Shown here: positions 37,091-42,486 of the stretch, one piece after another
Layout: the number at the start of each line of letters is the position of its first letter
Numbering within the stretch: position 1 is the first letter of the stretch
Assembly: GCA_945860985.1 (NCBI GenBank)
Contig: CAMASM010000003.1
Span: forward strand, 1 to 42,486
Length of the DNA: 42,486 nt
Reading direction: 5' to 3'
Origin: Candidatus Finniella inopinata
Lineage (GTDB): Bacteria; Pseudomonadota; Alphaproteobacteria; Paracaedibacterales; CAITNM01
Notes under the pieces: model-generated
The model's database searches: none
Told to the model about the DNA's origin: nothing
What the model saw: only the letters and a program-made list of their open reading frames with translations
Position numbers and translations under genes: made by a program

Positions 37091-38479
37091 ATGTTTAAAA
37101 TATTTTTATTAAAGTCTTTGTTGGTTATCATCTTTTTTCAAGGCGCTGTATCTTTTTTGGTTGCAGCTGAAGTTTGTTACTTTCCCAGTGATTTAGGGCT
37201 TAGGGGGGACACTGCAACAGTTAAATTTTATCATACGGCATCTGTTTTTGTTTCTGCTGACGATGCCTTTCGGAATCTGATGGATGCAGGTAAGGATACG
37301 ACAGGTGTTAGTTGTCGTGAGTCTGATGGCAAATCTTTTCGTATAGATAAAGGTTACTCAAGTGTTGTTATTTATAGCTTGTATCAACTAACTGATCATA
37401 CACCTAACTCTATTTATGATACAAAGGCTGGTAAAATTTACGTATATCGATTAGGCGATAAAGCTATTAAATACCATGGGGAAGGGGAATATGCTGAATC
37501 TATTGATTTCACAACAAGCTCTAAAATGCACAAACCTCCGCAGTGTGCAAGAGTTAAATATCCTAAGTTGATTAAAGACATTAGTGGTTCAGACACTGTA
37601 GTTATTACTTTTGGGGCAGGTATTTCAGACGGATTTGTTCCAACACTCATAGAGTTTATGGAAGGTATAGGACTTGAAAAAATGCCGTCGCATGATAGAG
37701 CCACTGAAGATAGTTTCCAAAGTTTTATTCATAGTTTGTTTGCAGATCAAAGTAGCATTAGTCGTGTAGGTGGTATATGGGGCACTATATTCAATTGTAA
37801 GCACGAGGTAACCCCTGCTCACAAAGCTTTGTTTGAAATAATCAATATACTTAGGTGGTCAAAAAAAGAAGTCTATGTTTACACAGATAACGTCGATCGC
37901 ATTCACCATAAAGTAGGAATTAAAATTTCTGATTTACATCCTGTCTCGTCTGAATTTCCCGTAAAAGATTTGAAGGATAGAAATGTGGTGGTTTTGGCCT
38001 GTGGACAATCTTTTGATTTTCAAGGAGTCCTTACTGCTATTAATTCATTAGATGAAGGATGTGCAAACATTAAATTTTATTCTTTGAATACTAAGCCGGA
38101 TTCTATTCTTGTTTATGACGACTGTAAAAAAGATAAAGATGGCAACATAATTGATTATGACGCTGATAAATACCATTATTTAGATATGGGTTGGATAGAA
38201 GGTCCTCTTGGTAAAACACTTCCAGAGATTGAATGGTTGCTTCGAGTTGAAAGGGCTATTAACCAGATCCTGTGGCCTATTCAAAGCAAAGAAACACTCT
38301 GGCTTCAAAGAGTATTCCAATGTTTCTATTCTAGAAATCCAATAACTATAGTGCTTTCAAAAGAAGACGTGAGTGAATTGCAGCAATTGGGACAAATTTG
38401 GGCGGAATTACATAAATATGCTGCAAGCTATGGCAGATATGGAAGAAGGCCATTGGCTGCCAGCAGATTATTGAAATAG
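37091..38479 (+). CDS. Secreted protein with a divergent SIR2/sirtuin domain
   Basis: Signal MFKIFLLKSLLVIIFFQGAVSFLVA; ordered sirtuin motifs VITFGAGIS...PT, TPAHKAL, YTDNVDRIHHKVG, DLHP, VVLACGQS, YSLN. Confidence 0.75.
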   Translation: MFKIFLLKSLLVIIFFQGAVSFLVAAEVCYFPSDLGLRGDTATVKFYHTASVFVSADDAFRNLMDAGKDTTGVSCRESDGKSFRIDKGYSSVVIYSLYQLTDHTPNSIYDTKAGKIYVYRLGDKAIKYHGEGEYAESIDFTTSSKMHKPPQCARVKYPKLIKDISGSDTVVITFGAGISDGFVPTLIEFMEGIGLEKMPSHDRATEDSFQSFIHSLFADQSSISRVGGIWGTIFNCKHEVTPAHKALFEIINILRWSKKEVYVYTDNVDRIHHKVGIKISDLHPVSSEFPVKDLKDRNVVVLACGQSFDFQGVLTAINSLDEGCANIKFYSLNTKPDSILVYDDCKKDKDGNIIDYDADKYHYLDMGWIEGPLGKTLPEIEWLLRVERAINQILWPIQSKETLWLQRVFQCFYSRNPITIVLSKEDVSELQQLGQIWAELHKYAASYGRYGRRPLAASRLLK

Positions 38480-38543
38480 TAAATTCTCTGCATGTTTGCT
38501 GTGAGTATCCATCAGTTTAGAGGTGGTTCCTAAATGGGGCGCC

Positions 38544-39524
38544 TTAGCAGCAGCCATGGCATCTAGCAAGATCTCGCCATAACCAAGAGAAGAATCTAAC
38601 AGATATGGCATTTAGCAAGGTTCCTAGATAACCAGGTTGAGGATGTAAGAGAGATAAATCTGCCCCGGCTTCTTTAAGGATTGGTCTAACTCTTTCTAAG
38701 AATGTATCTTCCACAATAGGTTCTCTCCCTTCGCCAGTAGCCCATTTACGGTAATCAAGCCACTGCTTCCTATAAAGCTCAGCATGCGAGGTTCTTTGAC
38801 CATTAGCACGTTTATACCGCACACGATTCACACTACTCCAGCAATTTGAAAAAGTTTCGTGACACCCGAACTTGGGTTTGAGGAAAGATATTTTTGGGGC
38901 AAGATATCTAAGAGTGAGTCTTTTGAAGAAAGGAAGAGCTGATTCTACTTGACGTCTAAGGTCTGCATGCTTGCTATCACTATGAATCACTTCCCAATAG
39001 CTTTTTAAAATGATACTACGTCTTCTCTGCGTTAAAAATTCTGCCGCTTCAGTGCAAAACGCATATAAATCAGCAGAAGGAGCCTCGGTAAGGAAGCTAT
39101 TTGCTTGAAAATGTGGATTGGCTGCGTTGCATAATTCCCATAGGAAGCTTTCGGCAAAAACAAGCAAATTGTTATGGTTTTGGGATATTAGAATCTCTTT
39201 TGTTTGCGCGTGCCAGCATGCACCAGTTCTCGTTTCTCCAATTCTTAGAGCAATTGTTCCATGCAACCCTGTAACATCTTCTAGCAATTTTTGAGCCAAA
39301 GTGCTGATGCTCAGTGAGCTGAGAAACCTAATGGTTGAGTCAGGTATGTCTGCCTCTACTTGAACACAGCCTAGAATAAGGCGCGAAGTAGCAACTGAAG
39401 GTGAAGCTGCTGCAGCTGCAGCAGCTGATGACGTCGGCCTAAAATCAGCAGATTCCTCTGCTAAGCACGCTGCGCTCAGTGAAACCGTAAGTAAACTCAT
39501 AAAGAGTAACATTTTATTAAACAT
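38544..39524 (-). CDS. Secreted hypothetical protein, possible zincin-like fold with degenerate HExxH
   Basis: SD aaggag; signal peptide, poly-Ala linker; GACW....KEILIS, FLWELCNAAN, YAFCTEAAE; ends RCHGCC. Confidence 0.75.
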   Translation of the reverse strand: MFNKMLLFMSLLTVSLSAACLAEESADFRPTSSAAAAAAASPSVATSRLILGCVQVEADIPDSTIRFLSSLSISTLAQKLLEDVTGLHGTIALRIGETRTGACWHAQTKEILISQNHNNLLVFAESFLWELCNAANPHFQANSFLTEAPSADLYAFCTEAAEFLTQRRRSIILKSYWEVIHSDSKHADLRRQVESALPFFKRLTLRYLAPKISFLKPKFGCHETFSNCWSSVNRVRYKRANGQRTSHAELYRKQWLDYRKWATGEGREPIVEDTFLERVRPILKEAGADLSLLHPQPGYLGTLLNAISVRFFSWLWRDLARCHGCC

Positions 39525-39577
39525 TTATTTTGTCTCCTTGGGCTTATAATCTGATTAGCTTGACTCATCAGATTAAC

Positions 39578-39686
39578 TTAAATTGCATTTAAACAATGTA
39601 TTGCTAATTTTACGTTAATTATAAGAAATATTTCTCATTTTGATCTGGCCTCCAATAAATAAATATTGCCGTTAACTAAATATAAA
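39578..39686. promoter_or_regulatory. Divergent promoter region with three CtrA-type boxes
   Basis: ttaaattgcatttaa (39578-39592, perfect), ctaattttacgttaa (39604-39618, 1 mismatch), ttaactaaatataaa (39672-39686, 1 mismatch). Confidence 0.55.
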
Positions 39687-39735
39687 GATCTGTGTGTGAG
39701 TCTATAATCACAGGATTTAACGTTTGGTGAACACA

Positions 39736-40335
39736 ATGATACTAAAATACAAATTTTTTGCACTTGTTACGAGCATAGGGATAGCAGGGCTTTTTGGCAC
39801 TTCAGCAGGGAATGAAGTGCTAGAGATGGTTGATAAGGCTACAAGAAAAGTAGATCATGTTATAGAAATGGGTAAGCTTGATGGTCCAAAACACCATGAT
39901 GCTCGTACACATTTAGGTGAGGTGAGATCCAAAGAAATTGTTGGATTACTTGAGCAAGACCATGAAGATAACGTGAAAGATCTTATCAAGTACAGGTGGT
40001 GTTTTAGAAAATGCGCTAACTTTACAGAAGCTTTTGGTAATGGACTTTTGTATTTGGGATCTGGTCTTGCAACTATTGCTGGTGGCGTAAAGATGGTTGG
40101 TTCTGATCACGTGTCTAATATTCTTCTTTTTACTAGTACTGTATGCTTTGCGGGGCACGTTACTTTAATTGGTTTAGCTAAATGTAGTTCAAGAGAAGAA
40201 AGAGAACGTGAAAATCAACTTGATAAGCTAGCGGATGCTGTTGGTTTTTCAGTGACAGCTTTAAATTGTCCTATAGTGGATGAGGATGACGGTAAGGGGG
40301 CAGCACATAGTTCTGCTCTAGCAAAAGTTGTTTGA
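39736..40335 (+). CDS. Signal-peptide plus 2-TM hairpin protein (paralog 2)
   Basis: EDNVKDLIKYRWCFRKCANFTEAFGNGLLY...NILLFTSTVCFAGH...REERERENQLD; start 39724-39736 uncertain. Confidence 0.82.
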   Translation: MILKYKFFALVTSIGIAGLFGTSAGNEVLEMVDKATRKVDHVIEMGKLDGPKHHDARTHLGEVRSKEIVGLLEQDHEDNVKDLIKYRWCFRKCANFTEAFGNGLLYLGSGLATIAGGVKMVGSDHVSNILLFTSTVCFAGHVTLIGLAKCSSREERERENQLDKLADAVGFSVTALNCPIVDEDDGKGAAHSSALAKVV

Positions 40336-40369
40336 AGTATTTTTTCAAGTAGTAGAGTGATGCCTGAGT

Positions 40370-40406
40370 AACCTGGTATGGTTTTGCCATATCCAGGTTC
40401 TTTTTT
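40370..40406 (+). terminator. Intrinsic terminator
   Basis: aacctgg-tatgg-tttt-gccatat-ccaggtt followed by a T-run. Confidence 0.7.
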
Positions 40407-40411
40407 AATTA

Positions 40412-40426
40412 TTAACTAATTTTTAA
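40412..40426 (+). promoter_or_regulatory. CtrA-type box TTAA-N7-TTAA
   Basis: ttaactaatttttaa, about 49 bp upstream of ATG 40476. Confidence 0.65.
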
Positions 40427-40475
40427 TGATATTAGCTCAGCATTTAGGTAGCTCTCCAATTTACATTTAGATGTG

Positions 40476-41072
40476 ATGAAAATAAAAAAATTATTTTTGG
40501 CATTGGCCGCTGCTACACTAATTATAAATTTGCCATTGGTGGCAGCTGATCCATTTGGGCCAAGATGTGGGCCATTTGGGACACCGCTACCTGATGAAAT
40601 CTCAAGTCCTCCTAGATTAGCACAATGTGGTGCATTAGAGAAAAAAGGCCACGAAGCTAATGTAATTTCACGAGCCAGTAGGGTAGTTAGTGCATTAGAG
40701 AAAGACTATGAAGATAATGTAAGTTCACTAATTCGAAGTAGGTGGATTTTTAGAAAAAGCGCTAATGTGGCTGAGGTACTTGGTAATGGCTTTTTGTATA
40801 TTGGAGCTGGGTCTTCAACAGTTGCTGGTGGAGTAGCAATGGTGGGTTCTCAGAGTATAGCCAATATACTTCTTTTCTCTAGTACAGTATGCTTTGCTGC
40901 GCACATAATCTTTATAGGTTTTGCGAAATGTTGTGCACGAGAAGAAAGGGAAAGGGAAAAACAATTGGACGCATTGGCCAAGAGGATTGGCTTTTCCGTA
41001 ATTCCCTTAGAACCCATAATAACAGACGATGCTTTAGGTTCAAATGATGTCAAAACTAAAGCGGATGTTTAG
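40476..41072 (+). CDS. Signal-peptide plus 2-TM hairpin protein (paralog 3)
   Basis: EDNVSSLIRSRWIFRKSANVAEVLGNGFLY...NILLFSSTVCFAAH...REEREREKQLD. Confidence 0.85.
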   Translation: MKIKKLFLALAAATLIINLPLVAADPFGPRCGPFGTPLPDEISSPPRLAQCGALEKKGHEANVISRASRVVSALEKDYEDNVSSLIRSRWIFRKSANVAEVLGNGFLYIGAGSSTVAGGVAMVGSQSIANILLFSSTVCFAAHIIFIGFAKCCAREEREREKQLDALAKRIGFSVIPLEPIITDDALGSNDVKTKADV

Positions 41073-41165
41073 CTTTATTGAACTCAACGCAAAACTGCCC
41101 CAATTTTGGCTGCAACACTAATTACGGCATAAAGTATCTACGACAGAACAGATTCCTTATACTAC

Positions 41166-41410
41166 TACGTAACGCGGTGGGCAAGTTTTTTAAAAATCTT
41201 TGATTTACCCAACTTAGTGTATTTCGACGTCCCGCGGCCCAGACCGCGAGATCTAGTTCGATCATTTCATAATTTAATGACGACATAATTTATTCTTTTT
41301 TGGTTTTTTGTGTCAATGTACCAGATAACCATTGGATCCCGCGGTCTGGGCCGCGGGACGTCGGTTATCGTTGTGGAGGTTAAATTAAAACTTGCACGCG
41401 GCGTTACGTA
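41166..41410. mobile_element. About 245-bp MITE with terminal inverted repeats and an internal palindrome doublet
   Basis: tacgtaacgcggtgggcaagtttt ... aaaacttgcacgcggcgttacgta, TA at both ends; internal cgacgtcccgcggcccagaccgcgagatc (41225) / gatcccgcggtctgggccgcgggacgtcg (to 41363); relative at 22430-22890. Confidence 0.85.
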
Positions 41411-42340
41411 TAATTCAGCCAAGTCAAAGCTGGATGTTCTATCCCAGTTATATCACAAATAATTTCTGAAATAGCTTGCAGTCCGTTATCACTATTAGTA
41501 AATATCAAGATAGCTCCACCATTTTTAAACCCAGCTACATAGCTTTGGAAGCCTTGATTATGACCCCAATGCCAGAAGGATATACCATTTGTTGTTTCTT
41601 GAAGTCCCCATCCAAGCCCCCATGAAACAGATGGCGAAAGAGTTCCTGTGCATTTATCGACACAAATACAAATGGGTCCATCAATTTCGACATTGATTTG
41701 GGACGATAACATTTCATTTATTGTTTTTTCCTGAAGGCCATTATTTTTGATAATAGCTTGAATAAATTTAGCGTAATCCAATACCGTAGTATGCAGGGAA
41801 GAAGCTGCATTAGCTTTTAAAGTCAAAAGTCCGGCAGAATCGTACCCGTAAGCTTTGTTGTCTTCAGGCTTTCTAGATAAGTAACTACTATGTGTCATGC
41901 CAAGAGGAGAGAGTACATTCTTCTGCATATATTCCTCAAGGGATTGTCCTGATAATTTCTCAATGACTTTTTGCAAATAAACAAAACCCTCTCCTGAATA
42001 ACTAAATCTACTTCCTGGCTGAAAATGTATTATTAATTCGTTATTTTGCCTCCAGTTTGGAAACCCTGTTGCGTGGCTTAAAACCGTTCTTGCCGTGATA
42101 AATTCAAGCTTTTGATCATTTTTAACGTCGTCATACTGAAAATAATCAGATAATGGAGTGTCTAAATCTATTAGCCCATTTTCAACCATCTTTAGAACAC
42201 CATAAGTAAATACTGGCTTACTTAGGGAAGCGGCTTCAAAAATCGTATTTTTATCAATAGCATTAGGGGGAGTAATACTTTTTAAACCATAATACTTTAG
42301 AGACGTTATATTGCTATCTTCAATAAAAGCAAGAGATAGG
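41404..42340 (-). pseudogene. Serine hydrolase (beta-lactamase/AmpC-like family), 5' end interrupted by IS30
   Basis: FEAASLSK (SxxK), LSHATG, PGSRFSYSG, HWGHN.G; family-like sequence starts abruptly at GLSLAFI next to the IS end. Confidence 0.8.
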
Positions 42341-42486
42341 CCACATTCAAGTTCGAAGTGCAACACGGTGTAAATTTTCATTAAAGGCCTCAAGAGGAGT
42401 TAACCATCCCAAAGATTTTCTGGGTGTTGTATTGTAATTTTCCATGACTTCATCAAATTCCTCTTGTTTCATATTTTTCACATCTG
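42339..42486 (-). mobile_element. IS30-family element, right end (runs off the window)
   Basis: Terminal sequence ggccacattcaagttcgaagtgcaacac overlapping the transposase stop codon. Confidence 0.85.
42347..42486 (-). CDS. IS30-family transposase, C-terminal 45 aa (partial; absent from the ORF track)
   Basis: Minus-strand translation from 42484: DVKNMKQEEFDEVMENYNTTPRKSLGWLTPLEAFNENLHRVALRT*, the IS30 N..PRK.LG..TP.E...VAL signature. Confidence 0.88.
   Translation of the reverse strand, partial: DVKNMKQEEFDEVMENYNTTPRKSLGWLTPLEAFNENLHRVALRT

Noticed and set aside
42341-42393. ORF-track start of the serine hydrolase at 42393 as the native N-terminus
   Set aside because: This stretch is the IS30 transposase 3' end and terminal repeat

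Overview
AT-rich chromosomal segment of an alphaproteobacterium. The two-piece permuted tmRNA next to an alpha-type sspB, the F0-only atp operon and Rickettsia-like palindromic repeats point to a host-associated Holosporales/Rickettsiales-like organism (inference). Housekeeping genes include a secretin, HAD phosphatase, coq7, dsbB, a DedA protein, glmS, hpf, msbA, an O-antigen ligase, atpIBEGF, murF, a GspE/PilB ATPase, xerC, ssrA-sspB, anmK, aspartate aminotransferase, rseP-bamA-skp-lpxD, mscS, lpxK, a ccmB-like gene and typA. Two clusters of orphan signal-peptide proteins (18.9-23.2 kb and 36.4-41.1 kb) lie among them. Main observations: (1) the tmRNA tag frame contains an 87-nt in-frame, hairpin-forming extension, predicting a 43-residue tag; (2) most orphan secreted-protein genes carry a CtrA-type TTAA-N7-TTAA box, almost all in the same orientation, about 40-80 bp upstream of the start codon, suggesting a developmentally controlled effector regulon; (3) the second cluster encodes a secreted sirtuin lacking the zinc subdomain, a zincin-like pseudo-protease and three paralogous 2-TM proteins; (4) a Gly/Met/Pro-rich secreted protein is split at an A10 run; (5) nested palindromic MITEs are present, and an IS30 end has removed the 5' end of a beta-lactamase-family gene.
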